Positions 1 to 8,300 of a DNA stretch of 41,437 bases are shown one piece after another (position 1 is the first letter of the stretch; the number at the start of each line of letters is the position of its first letter). This stretch comes from Bacillota bacterium (GTDB lineage: Bacteria; Bacillota; Limnochordia; DTU087). The translations under genes were made by a program, and so were the position numbers. The notes under the pieces are model-generated. The model did no database searches. It saw only the letters and a list, made by a program, of their open reading frames with translations, and was not told the DNA's origin. The stretch spans positions 1-41,437 of the forward strand of contig JAAYGR010000170.1 in NCBI GenBank assembly GCA_012727675.1. The letters are read 5' to 3'.

Positions 1-1115
1 CTGGTGTGGGATTTGATGGCGATGCTTGGGTAACTGATCTGGAGCAAGTATCTCAAGCTGTCTACGAACGGGAACTCAGATATGGTAAGTATGATCTCAA
101 GATAACTCGCCTGGGAGCCGGCTATCCAGATGAGGAAGTATTAGATGTCGAGATCGTCGGAGGAGAGGTTACAGAGAGGATTATCGAGGTAGGTGCAGCA
201 GGCAAGCTGCAAATAAGGCTTAGTTCCGACGGCAGGCCTCACGGGGCTGGTGACCCGCGGGTTATGGTCTACAAGGCCGGGGCCGAATTCGACAGCGAGG
301 CTTGGATAGTTGACCTGGAGCGAGTGGCCAGAGGCGTATACGAAGGTGTGCTCAAGGCGGGAAAATACGACCTCAAACTCATTCGTTTAGGAGATGGTTT
401 CCCGGACAAAGAACTAGTTGGGATTGAGGTTAAAGGCGGAGTCGTCACTCAAAAGACAATTGAGCTGGGCGGGCTAGGCAAGCTCAGGCTGAGACTTACC
501 TCTGGAGGGAAACCCCATGACACGTACTATGCCCGGGTCATGGTGTACGAGGCTGGTGCTGAGTTCGATGGTGATGCATGGGTGGCCGACCTAGAGCAGA
601 TATCATCGGGTGTATTCGAATTGGAGCTAAGAAGTGGTGCTTACGACCTTCTAATGATTAACCTTGGTGAGGGCTTTTCAGATCAGCAACTGTACGGGAT
701 TGAAGTCGTGGGAGGGTCCATCACTGAGAGAACTATCGAGCTGGGCGGTATCGGTCAAATGCAGGTTGACCTTGTGGGAGCCGAACAATACGAGTGGCTG
801 CGGGTGATGCTCTTTACCGTCGGTGAATTTAGTCAGTGGGGCGAATATGATACCTACGTCTGCGATTTGGAGTATGATGATAATAGAGGAATATGGCATG
901 CTGAAGTAAGGGAAGGCAAATACCAGCTGCGGATTACCGATGGCTATGCGGAGCAGCGGGTGGAAATAGTCGTTGAGGCTGGCGCTGTCACCCGGAAAGG
1001 TATCGTGCTGGATCTGCGGGAAGATTGGGCAGCATATGAAGAGTGGGGCGATGACGCCGACTGGCAGTGGGAATGGGAGGTTGAAGAGGAGTGGAGTTGG
1101 GAAGATGACTGGTAA
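1..1115 (+). CDS. 5'-partial repeat protein with four tandem ~92-aa beta-sandwich-like modules (carboxypeptidase-regulatory/PEGA-like) and a Trp/acidic C-terminal tail
   Basis: The reading frame is open to the window edge and the stop is TAA at 1113-1115. The motif set FDGDAW..DLE..GxYDL.I..LG.G(Y/F)(P/S)D..(L/V).(D/G)(I/V)E(I/V).GG..T...IE(L/V)G recurs at aa 3, 95 and 187, with a degenerate copy at 275. The last 31 aa contain 8 Trp, 15 Asp/Glu and no basic residue. Confidence 0.75.
   Translation, partial: GVGFDGDAWVTDLEQVSQAVYERELRYGKYDLKITRLGAGYPDEEVLDVEIVGGEVTERIIEVGAAGKLQIRLSSDGRPHGAGDPRVMVYKAGAEFDSEAWIVDLERVARGVYEGVLKAGKYDLKLIRLGDGFPDKELVGIEVKGGVVTQKTIELGGLGKLRLRLTSGGKPHDTYYARVMVYEAGAEFDGDAWVADLEQISSGVFELELRSGAYDLLMINLGEGFSDQQLYGIEVVGGSITERTIELGGIGQMQVDLVGAEQYEWLRVMLFTVGEFSQWGEYDTYVCDLEYDDNRGIWHAEVREGKYQLRITDGYAEQRVEIVVEAGAVTRKGIVLDLREDWAAYEEWGDDADWQWEWEVEEEWSWEDDW
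12..1019 (+). repeat. In-frame tandem coding repeats: periods of 276, 276 and 264 nt, then a shorter degenerate fourth copy
   Basis: Copies start near nt 12, 288, 564 and 828. Protein-level similarity is clear, but the DNA copies have diverged (many synonymous and non-synonymous differences by eye), so this is an old duplication rather than a recent one. Confidence 0.7.
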
Positions 1116-1356
1116 TCTATGCTGACTCCAGTCCGTTAAGCTCCCAAGGGACTTACATCTAGTGCAGTGCGCAATAGAGGGGCTGCTCTCGGGCGGCCCC
1201 TCACCGTTACAATGAATATAGATTGAAGCGCGGATACAGTTTTGCAGTCTTACTATAAAGAGGAACTTGCGCTGCCGCGGCGAAACATAGGTGTAGAATA
1301 CCGCAAAGTATAACAATAAGAATTGTCAGCTAATAACAATGCGGGGAGGTACAGGA

Positions 1357-2463
1357 ATGAGCAAGAAACTGAGGGTCGGTATAGTCGGTGTGGGCGGCAT
1401 TGCCAACGGCAAACACATGCCCAGTTTGGCTAAGCTTGACAATGTAGAAATGGTTGCCTTCTGTGATGTGATTAAGGAAAGAGCAGAAAAGGGTGCCCAC
1501 CAATACGGAACTCCCGATGCGAAGGTCTTTACCGATTATCGAGATCTTGTCGCCCTAGAGGATCTTGATGTTGTCCATGTTCTAACCCCTAATGATGTGC
1601 ACTCTGAGATCACTGTGGCAGCTTTGGAAGCTGGTAAGCATGTAATGTGTGAGAAGCCCATGGCCATCAACTCTGAGCAGGCATTGGCCATGGTAGAAGC
1701 AGCGGAGCGGACAGGGAAGAAGCTCACCATTGGGTACCAGAACCGTTTCCGCGCTGATTCCCAATATCTCAAGCGGCTGTGTGAGGCCGGCGAGCTGGGC
1801 GAGATCTATTTTGCCAAGGCTCTAGCTGTCAGACGCCGGGGCGTGCCCACTTGGGGTATCTTCTTGGATGCAGAGCGGCAGGGCGGTGGTCCTCTGATTG
1901 ATATCGGTACCCATGCTCTCGACCTCACCCTCTGGTTCACCAACAACTACAAGCCGGTGAGCGTCATGGGCGTTACTTATCGGAAGCTGGCGGATACAGA
2001 AAACGCAGCCAATCCGTGGGGCCCATGGGATCCGAAGGAGTTCACCACAGAAGACTCTGCCTTTGGCTTCGTTCAGTTCGAGAACGGGATGACGGTGATC
2101 CTGGAAGCCAGCTGGGCCCTAAATACCTTGCAGGTGGGCGAGGCCATGACAGTACTCTGCGGTACCAAGGCAGGGGCCGACATGTTTGACGGCTTGCGGA
2201 TTAACGGCGAGAAATTCAGCAAGCTCTATACAACCAAACCTGCACTGCGGGGTGAGGGCGTAGCTTTCTACGAGGCTGTCCATGAGGATGCAGGTTTTGC
2301 TGAGGCTAAACATTGGATCGATTCCATTGTCAATGACACTGAGCCTTTGGTAAAGCCCCGTGAGGCCTATGTCGTGACCCAGATCCTTGAGGCTATCTAC
2401 GAGTCGGCGAAGACCGGCAAGCCGGTGTACTTCAACGATAAAGACTGCTGCTGTGATTGCTAA
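1357..2463 (+). CDS. Gfo/Idh/MocA family NAD(P)-dependent oxidoreductase with a Cys-rich C-terminal tail
   Basis: SD GGGGAGG lies 7 nt before ATG 1357. The N-terminal Rossmann motif is LRVGIVGVGGIANGKH and an EKP motif (MCEKPMA) is present. The protein ends in DKDCCCDC. Confidence 0.85.
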   Translation: MSKKLRVGIVGVGGIANGKHMPSLAKLDNVEMVAFCDVIKERAEKGAHQYGTPDAKVFTDYRDLVALEDLDVVHVLTPNDVHSEITVAALEAGKHVMCEKPMAINSEQALAMVEAAERTGKKLTIGYQNRFRADSQYLKRLCEAGELGEIYFAKALAVRRRGVPTWGIFLDAERQGGGPLIDIGTHALDLTLWFTNNYKPVSVMGVTYRKLADTENAANPWGPWDPKEFTTEDSAFGFVQFENGMTVILEASWALNTLQVGEAMTVLCGTKAGADMFDGLRINGEKFSKLYTTKPALRGEGVAFYEAVHEDAGFAEAKHWIDSIVNDTEPLVKPREAYVVTQILEAIYESAKTGKPVYFNDKDCCCDC

Positions 2464-2483
2464 AGGCATGATGCGACAGCTGA

Positions 2484-2517
2484 GGACTGGACCCGGTCTG
2501 GGTTCGGTCCTTTTTCT
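2484..2517 (+). terminator. Rho-independent terminator after the oxidoreductase gene
   Basis: GC-rich hairpin GGACtGGACCC-ggtct-GGGTTcgGTCC followed by TTTTTCTT. Confidence 0.7.
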
Positions 2518-2567
2518 TAAGTCACTTTTTCCTGTCATTATGACAACCTGGGCAGGGGGAGAGCCTA

Positions 2568-3560
2568 TTGGTGGAATTTCGTGCTCTAAAGGCATCGGAG
2601 ATGGATGCATGGTTTGACCACTGTGCCCTTGTCTTTGATCAACACAATGATCTCGAGGCTTCCCGCCAGTACTTCATGAATCATTGGTACAATGACCCGT
2701 GGCGGGAGCGCCACGGGATTTTAGTGGCAGTAGAGGACGGTGAAATCCTGAGTACTGTCCGGGTGTTCCACCGCAGAATATATCTGGCCGGTGAAATTTT
2801 TTCCATGGGCGGTATCGGGGAGGTAAGCACAAAGGAACCCTACCGACGCCAAGGGTTATCTGGGAAGCTCTTGGAGATGGCTATTGAGTATATGAAAAGA
2901 GAGGACATGGATTTTTCCATCCTCGCCACCGGGAGTCCCAGGCATTACAGTCGCTTCGGCTGGGAAGAGGTAGCCACCTATTGGAAGCAGGCCGAGATCC
3001 AACCGCTGAGGTGTGGGGATATCCGGCTGATGAATCTCCAGGACCCCTGGGAGCTGCAGCAGTCAATGAATCTGTATCACATGTATTCCTGTCGGTTCAA
3101 CGGCGCCATTGTCCGAGACCGGTGGGACTATTGGCAGGACTGGGTGAGGACAGAGGTTACCCGAGGGTGGTTTGCCCAAGGCCGGGGGCGGGGCTGGGTA
3201 ATGATGGAAGCTGGCGAGCTCAAAGCCTATCTTGCGGCGGCCACGGATGCTGGCAAAGATATCCTTATTGTCAACGATTTTGCCTGCAGGGAGGATGAAG
3301 CCGACAGCTTTCGGAAGCTGATTCAGCATGCTGCTTGGAGCCTGGGGAACGGCGAGAGTGTTAAGGTGGTTTTTCCAGCAGCTGTTGCTTCTGACTTTCC
3401 CACCAAATTGGAAGCGAGGCAGGGTCTCATGGTCAGATTGAATAATAAAGAGCTTTGGGACCGACTGCCCGGATCCAGTATCAGTGAGCTGTTCCACGGC
3501 ATAAGCGGCGGTGACCCCACCACATCTAAGCTGGTGAGCTGGGGAATTGACGGCTATTGA
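2568..3560 (+). CDS. GNAT family N-acetyltransferase, possibly Eis-like with an extended C-terminal region
   Basis: SD GGGGGAGA lies upstream of a TTG/GTG start at 2568/2571. The acetyl-CoA motif A-like segment is GIGEVSTKEPYRRQGLSGKLLEMAIEYMK. At about 330 aa it is longer than a minimal GNAT. Confidence 0.75.
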   Translation: MVEFRALKASEMDAWFDHCALVFDQHNDLEASRQYFMNHWYNDPWRERHGILVAVEDGEILSTVRVFHRRIYLAGEIFSMGGIGEVSTKEPYRRQGLSGKLLEMAIEYMKREDMDFSILATGSPRHYSRFGWEEVATYWKQAEIQPLRCGDIRLMNLQDPWELQQSMNLYHMYSCRFNGAIVRDRWDYWQDWVRTEVTRGWFAQGRGRGWVMMEAGELKAYLAAATDAGKDILIVNDFACREDEADSFRKLIQHAAWSLGNGESVKVVFPAAVASDFPTKLEARQGLMVRLNNKELWDRLPGSSISELFHGISGGDPTTSKLVSWGIDGY

Positions 3561-4606
3561 TTTTTCCGCAGAACGCCCAGGGCCCATGGTATGGTGAGAC
3601 TGGTTCCAAGTAAGCTGATATAGTAAGTGTAGATTCGCCAAAGGGCTAGAAAAGTCATCAGCTGCTCATGGGACATCAGGTTGCGGATCAGGAAGGCCAT
3701 GGTAACTTCTACTCCGCCGGCGGCTCCTGGTGTGGGAATTAGGTATTGGGCAAACTGAGTGGCAATGTGGCTTCCGACCATTATCGGCCAAGGGGCCCTG
3801 CCTCCCACTGCTCTGAGGAGCATGGGGGTTATGGAAAGAAAGGAAACCCAGTATATGAGGTTGAAGAGCAAATTCGCAAACAGCAGCTGGCGGTGATGGC
3901 GCCAAAAAGTGCTTACCGCCGATTCAAACCTCTGGATTTCTCCCGCAGCTCGAGCTGCCAAGAGGGCTATTCTATTGCTTGGATCGGGGTGTTTCCGGGA
4001 CAGTCTAGAGGCTGCCTGCGATATTTTGCCCGCGAAGACCAGTAAGGTTAGCGCCGGGATACTTAGGAACATGATGCCTATTACTGCAGCTGCAAGCCAG
4101 TTGTCGGTGGTAGACACATGAATGTGAAGAAGTAGGGTTCCTATGGCTAAGAGCGACCCGATGGTGAGGCCGGTATTAACTGAGTCGATGAGGCTAACAG
4201 CTAGGGATTTGCCTGCCGGAATCCCCTGCTGATGAAGCAGGAGGAGAAAAAATGGATATCCGCCGGCCGCGCTGGGGGTGACGTGGGAAATAAACGCTCC
4301 TGCCAGATAGCTTTTTATGAAGTCTTTGGGGGCAATACTGTCAGCCGAGGGCTGAATGAGGCACCAAATCCGAAGGAGTCTGGCCAGCCAGGAGATCATC
4401 AGAAGGACCAAAGCTATCAGCAGAGGGACAAAATTGATACTCCTGAGGGGCAGTAAAATAGGCTGGCCCGGCAGGAGCCGTCTCAAGAACCACAAGGTGA
4501 CCGGCCCGAGGATAACAGCAATCCCCCCGTAGATAGCAAAGCGGTGTCTGGCGAGATCTAGAGGAAATGATGGCTGATGTGGTTCTTCTTGAATAAAGTC
4601 TGCCAC
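3554..4606 (-). CDS. Polytopic membrane protein, flippase-like / lysylphosphatidylglycerol-synthase TM-region (UPF0104) family
   Basis: About 8 hydrophobic segments and the family-typical PTPGAAGGVE motif near the C-terminus. Its 3' end overlaps the convergent GNAT gene by 7 nt. Confidence 0.6.
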   Translation of the reverse strand: MADFIQEEPHQPSFPLDLARHRFAIYGGIAVILGPVTLWFLRRLLPGQPILLPLRSINFVPLLIALVLLMISWLARLLRIWCLIQPSADSIAPKDFIKSYLAGAFISHVTPSAAGGYPFFLLLLHQQGIPAGKSLAVSLIDSVNTGLTIGSLLAIGTLLLHIHVSTTDNWLAAAVIGIMFLSIPALTLLVFAGKISQAASRLSRKHPDPSNRIALLAARAAGEIQRFESAVSTFWRHHRQLLFANLLFNLIYWVSFLSITPMLLRAVGGRAPWPIMVGSHIATQFAQYLIPTPGAAGGVEVTMAFLIRNLMSHEQLMTFLALWRIYTYYISLLGTSLTIPWALGVLRKNQ

Positions 4607-4812
4607 TTTATATCACCCTCGGTTCCGCTAATACTCTATGCAGATACGAACAGTATGCCCCGTGGGAGCCGGGGTTAATGTGGGCCGCAAAAGGGCAGTG
4701 TTTCGGTTTACAGGGACTATGTAGGATCATTTCTCCAGGCAGTGGGATTAGATTTCGTGCTCTATGGGTATAAAAGTGCAAGGATGGTTCTTACTGGTTA
4801 GGGAGGTTAGCC

Positions 4813-6423
4813 ATGAGAATAAAATTATCTATGAGAGGCAAGCTTCTAATCACCTTTGGCGTTATCATCGGACTAATGCTTTTCGGCACAGGTGTTGTTT
4901 TCCGGTTGATGAATAGCTGGAAAACAGCACAATGGCAAGCCATTGACCAGGAGAAACTGGCCACTTTTATGGCAGAGCGGGAAATAGATCATCTGGCTTG
5001 GGATGTAGATCTTCTAACCGCCCTTCTCTTGGGGGAACCCTTTACTGGTCAACTTGATCCCACTGCGTGCAACTTGGGCAAATGGTTTTATTCCTATACT
5101 GGCTCGGAAGAGTTCCGGGAGCTGCCCCAGAACATGCAGAAGAAGATTGCCGCGCTGGAAGCGCCCCACCAAAAGCTCCATGAAGGAGCAAGGGAAGTGC
5201 TGAGGCTGAGAGACAGCAACGTTCCCTTGCAGAGTCTGCTCGTTGACTATCAAACTCAGGTAGCACCCAATCTCAATCAGGTACGTCAGATATTGGCCGA
5301 TGTGAGGGTAGATGCCCAGTCTGCAGCCTCAGCCACAGTTAAGGCTGCAGAAAGGATGGAAGTTCAGACAACCAGAACTCTGTGGATTGCCATCTTGATT
5401 ACCCTCGGGCTTAGCATCATTCTAGTTCTGCAGTTTACTACCAGCATTCACCGCACACTCCGGGCGGTACTGGGCATGGCGGAGGACATTTCCCATGGAG
5501 ACTTGACAGGTTCACTCTCAATTAAGTCCGGAGATGAATGTGAGAGAATGGCCAATGCTATTAACGAGTTTGTTGCCCATGTGCGGGATATAGTCGGTGA
5601 GGTCCGCCGGTCAGCTGTGTCTATTAACGACACCAGCCATCAAGTGGCCAGGGCTATGGATGAAATGACTGCATCCACCCAGGAAGTGGCATCTGCGGCT
5701 TCGGAGTTTGCCGCCCATGTACAGCAAGTGAGCTTTGATGCCAACGAGATGGCCAAGAACGCCGAAGCTATCGCCAGGTCGGGCCGGGACGGGTCAGAGC
5801 GGCTGGATGATGTGCTGCAGCGGATGGATGAGATTGAAGCAGTGGTTGGTGAGCTGGCAGACTCAGTTAAGGATCTGAATGAGGAAACCACTATGATTGA
5901 ATCCATCACCGCCACCATCGCGGAGATCGCCGACCAGATTAACTTGCTGGCCCTTAATGCTGCCATTGAAGCTGCCAGGGCCGGTGAGCAGGGCCGCGGC
6001 TTTGCCGTAGTGGCGGAGGAAGTGCGCCGTCTAGCTGAAAGGTCCAGTCAAGCCTCGGGTGAGATCGCCGCGTTGATATCCAGAGTTGCCAAGCGGTCCG
6101 ATGAGACACTGGAGAGCATGGAACAGGGCAGCCGGGCAGTGGCTGATGGAGCCGGTGCCGTGGAGAACGCGGCCGAGCTTCTCAGGCAGATTATCGAATC
6201 CATCGATACCATGAGTTCCAGGATTCAAGCCATCGCTGGAGCTGCTGAAGGGCTGGCAGCAGGAAGCGAAGAAATCGCAGCAGCGACCCAGCAGCAATCT
6301 GCTACAGTGCAGGAGATCAGCAACACCTCGCAGCTGCTTGCAGTTACAGCCAGCAATTTGGAGTCTTCAGTTCGGGATATAAAGACCGGCGATGAAGGTG
6401 AAGGAAAAGGTCAAGATGAATAA
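4813..6423 (+). CDS. Methyl-accepting chemotaxis protein: TM1, extracytoplasmic CZB-type zinc-binding motif region, TM2, HAMP, MCP signalling domain
   Basis: SD GGGAGG lies before ATG 4813. TM segments sit at about aa 11-33 and 187-210. The hairpin-tip core is [37 protein letters not shown]. The CZB motif is H60xxW, C86xLGxW and H119xxxH123. Confidence 0.9.
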   Translation: MRIKLSMRGKLLITFGVIIGLMLFGTGVVFRLMNSWKTAQWQAIDQEKLATFMAEREIDHLAWDVDLLTALLLGEPFTGQLDPTACNLGKWFYSYTGSEEFRELPQNMQKKIAALEAPHQKLHEGAREVLRLRDSNVPLQSLLVDYQTQVAPNLNQVRQILADVRVDAQSAASATVKAAERMEVQTTRTLWIAILITLGLSIILVLQFTTSIHRTLRAVLGMAEDISHGDLTGSLSIKSGDECERMANAINEFVAHVRDIVGEVRRSAVSINDTSHQVARAMDEMTASTQEVASAASEFAAHVQQVSFDANEMAKNAEAIARSGRDGSERLDDVLQRMDEIEAVVGELADSVKDLNEETTMIESITATIAEIADQINLLALNAAIEAARAGEQGRGFAVVAEEVRRLAERSSQASGEIAALISRVAKRSDETLESMEQGSRAVADGAGAVENAAELLRQIIESIDTMSSRIQAIAGAAEGLAAGSEEIAAATQQQSATVQEISNTSQLLAVTASNLESSVRDIKTGDEGEGKGQDE

Positions 6424-6513
6424 GTAGATTGGAAATAAAGCAGGGTAGTGGGCAGCAGGCCAGTATAATGTTCTAGGGGACCTGTAATCGGGAAGCCTTT
6501 CCTCCTGCGGAGT

Positions 6514-6542
6514 TTGACAAGACTGCTGCAGGCGTGTAAAAT
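6514..6542 (+). promoter_or_regulatory. Sigma-A type promoter for rubrerythrin
   Basis: TTGACA (6514-6519), a 17-nt spacer, then TAAAAT (6537-6542), about 43 nt upstream of ATG 6585. Confidence 0.6.
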
Positions 6543-6558
6543 AAATGCTAAAGCGAAT

Positions 6559-6572
6559 TGTTATCAATAACA
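6559..6572 (+). promoter_or_regulatory. Candidate repressor operator: 6-2-6 inverted repeat TGTTAT-CA-ATAACA
   Basis: Perfect inverted arms lie between the predicted -10 element and the SD (AGGAGG at 6572-6577). Confidence 0.4.
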
Positions 6573-6584
6573 GGAGGGGTATAC

Positions 6585-7118
6585 ATGAACATTAAGGGTT
6601 CACAGACAGAAAAAAATCTCTGGACAGCCTTTGCTGGCGAGTCTCAGGCCCGCAATAAGTACTGGATGTACTCTAAAGAGGCAAAGAAAGCAGGCTATGA
6701 GCAGATCGCTGGTATATTCATGGAGACAGCGGAGCATGAGCTTGAGCATGCCAAGCGGATTGCCCGTTTCTTGGGTATAGTTGGCGACACAGCCCATAAC
6801 CTCAAAGATGCCGCCGCTGGCGAGAACTACGAGTGGAGCGAGATGTACAAGAGTTTCGAGATCGTCGCTCGGGAAGAAGGCTTTGATGAGATTGCTGATT
6901 TCTTCCATGAGGTAGCCGAGGTGGAAGAAGAGCATGAGAAGCGCTACCTGGCGCTTTTGAAGCGGGTCGAGGAGGGTACAGTATTTACCCGTCCAGAGCC
7001 CATCCGCTGGCAGTGCCGTAACTGCGGTTATGTACATGAAGGCACTGAGCCGCCTCACGTATGTCCCGCCTGTGCTCATCCCAGGGCATACTTCCAGGAG
7101 AAGGCTGAGAACTACTAA
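6585..7118 (+). CDS. rbr: Rubrerythrin (N-terminal diiron four-helix bundle plus C-terminal rubredoxin-like CxxC..CxxC)
   Basis: SD AGGAGG lies 7 nt before ATG 6585. Diiron ExxH-type motifs ([18 protein letters not shown]) are present, and the C-terminus carries CRNCG...CPACAHP. Confidence 0.9.
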   Translation: MNIKGSQTEKNLWTAFAGESQARNKYWMYSKEAKKAGYEQIAGIFMETAEHELEHAKRIARFLGIVGDTAHNLKDAAAGENYEWSEMYKSFEIVAREEGFDEIADFFHEVAEVEEEHEKRYLALLKRVEEGTVFTRPEPIRWQCRNCGYVHEGTEPPHVCPACAHPRAYFQEKAENY

Positions 7119-7136
7119 AGAGACCGAACATGATAC

Positions 7137-7185
7137 TAAAAAGGGGTGTTTGCCCAAGCTGGTGGGCCAACACCCCTGCTTTATT
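7137..7185. terminator. Bidirectional rho-independent terminator between the convergent rbr and ADH genes
   Basis: A 9-bp stem AGGGGTGTT/AACACCCCT is flanked by an A-run on the 5' side and GCTTTATT on the 3' side, so a U-tract follows on both strands. Confidence 0.7.
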
Positions 7186-7202
7186 GCCGATTTTGCCATT
7201 CA

Positions 7203-8186
7203 CTAATCTGAAATGATCATGACCTTATTGGCTTTACCAGATGAGTGAACAGCCAATGCTTCGTGGATATCCTTTAGTGGGAAGCGGTGGCTGATCAGCG
7301 GTTCCACTCGGACGGCACCTGATCCCACCAGTTTGACGGCCCTGGAGTTGGTAAAGGGATTGATAAAGGAGCCTGCAATCCGCAGTTCCTTGCGGTATAC
7401 CTCATGGGGCTCAATCTCAGCCCGCATCCCTTGGGGAGAAACTCCAAACCAGACCACTGAAGCCCCTCTCCTGGCTATTGTAATGGACTGCTCGATGGCG
7501 GCCTTGACACCGGCAGCCTCAATCACTACATCAAAGGCATCGACAGGCAGTTCTTCCGGCAGCACTGTCCGCTCGGCCCCCAGTTCCTTGGCCAAGTCCC
7601 ATTTTGCTTGAATTGGTTCGCTGACTGTTACCCGTCCACCTGCAGCCCTAGCCAGCTGCAGCAGGATCAATCCGATGGGGCCGCCACCTAGGATGGCCAC
7701 TTCGTCTCCAGGGCGAATTTGGGCTTGTTCCAATCCCCGGAGACAGCAGGCCACCGGCTCTACAAAGGCTCCTGCGGCATAGCTTATGCCGGGAGGCAAT
7801 AGGTGGGCCTGGGCAGCGGGAACCACCGAATACTCAGCAAAGCCTCCATCGATATCCACGCCCAGGGCTGTTAAGTTTAGACACAAATGGATGTTGCCGT
7901 TGTGGCAGTAGTAACAGGTGTGGCAGAAAATATTGGGGTCGACACAAACCCGATCATTGACCTTAAAGCTGGTTACTCCTTCACCTATTTCGACGACCTC
8001 GCCGGCATATTCATGACCTAGAATGACAGGCGGTGTAGATGACGACTCACCCTTAATAATATGGGCATCGGTTCCGCAAACTCCCGCTGCCTTAACTTTG
8101 ATCAGAATCTCTCCCGGCCCCGGTTTCGGCACATCCTCCTCGATGAGCCGCAGATCCCCGACATCCATAAAACGAGCTGCTAACAT
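7203..8186 (-). CDS. Zinc-dependent medium-chain alcohol/polyol dehydrogenase (threonine/sorbitol dehydrogenase-like)
   Basis: Catalytic-zinc GHEYAGEVVEIG, structural zinc cluster CHTCYYCHNGNIHLC and NAD motif ILGGGPIGL are present. SD GGAGG lies 9 nt before ATG 8186; the ORF extends to a TTG at 8225. Confidence 0.85.
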   Translation of the reverse strand: MLAARFMDVGDLRLIEEDVPKPGPGEILIKVKAAGVCGTDAHIIKGESSSTPPVILGHEYAGEVVEIGEGVTSFKVNDRVCVDPNIFCHTCYYCHNGNIHLCLNLTALGVDIDGGFAEYSVVPAAQAHLLPPGISYAAGAFVEPVACCLRGLEQAQIRPGDEVAILGGGPIGLILLQLARAAGGRVTVSEPIQAKWDLAKELGAERTVLPEELPVDAFDVVIEAAGVKAAIEQSITIARRGASVVWFGVSPQGMRAEIEPHEVYRKELRIAGSFINPFTNSRAVKLVGSGAVRVEPLISHRFPLKDIHEALAVHSSGKANKVMIISD

Positions 8187-8300
8187 GGCTTCAGCCTCCA
8201 CTCTCATCATGCTTTGATAAATCAACCGCTCAAGATATCTTCTTTGATTCCAGCTGTATGACTTTTTTCATCAGTGAATCTCAACTACTGTGCACTGTAC

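Noticed and set aside
678-1316. A 212-aa ORF on the minus strand.
   Set aside because: It lies almost entirely antisense to the repeat-protein gene, has no SD and has odd composition. It looks like a shadow frame of a GC-biased coding region.
3063-3641. A 192-aa minus-strand ORF.
   Set aside because: It is antisense to the GNAT gene and out of frame with the real convergent membrane-protein gene. It is a shadow ORF.
6600-7199. A 199-aa minus-strand ORF.
   Set aside because: It is fully antisense to the well-supported rubrerythrin gene and runs through the bidirectional terminator. It has no recognisable motifs.
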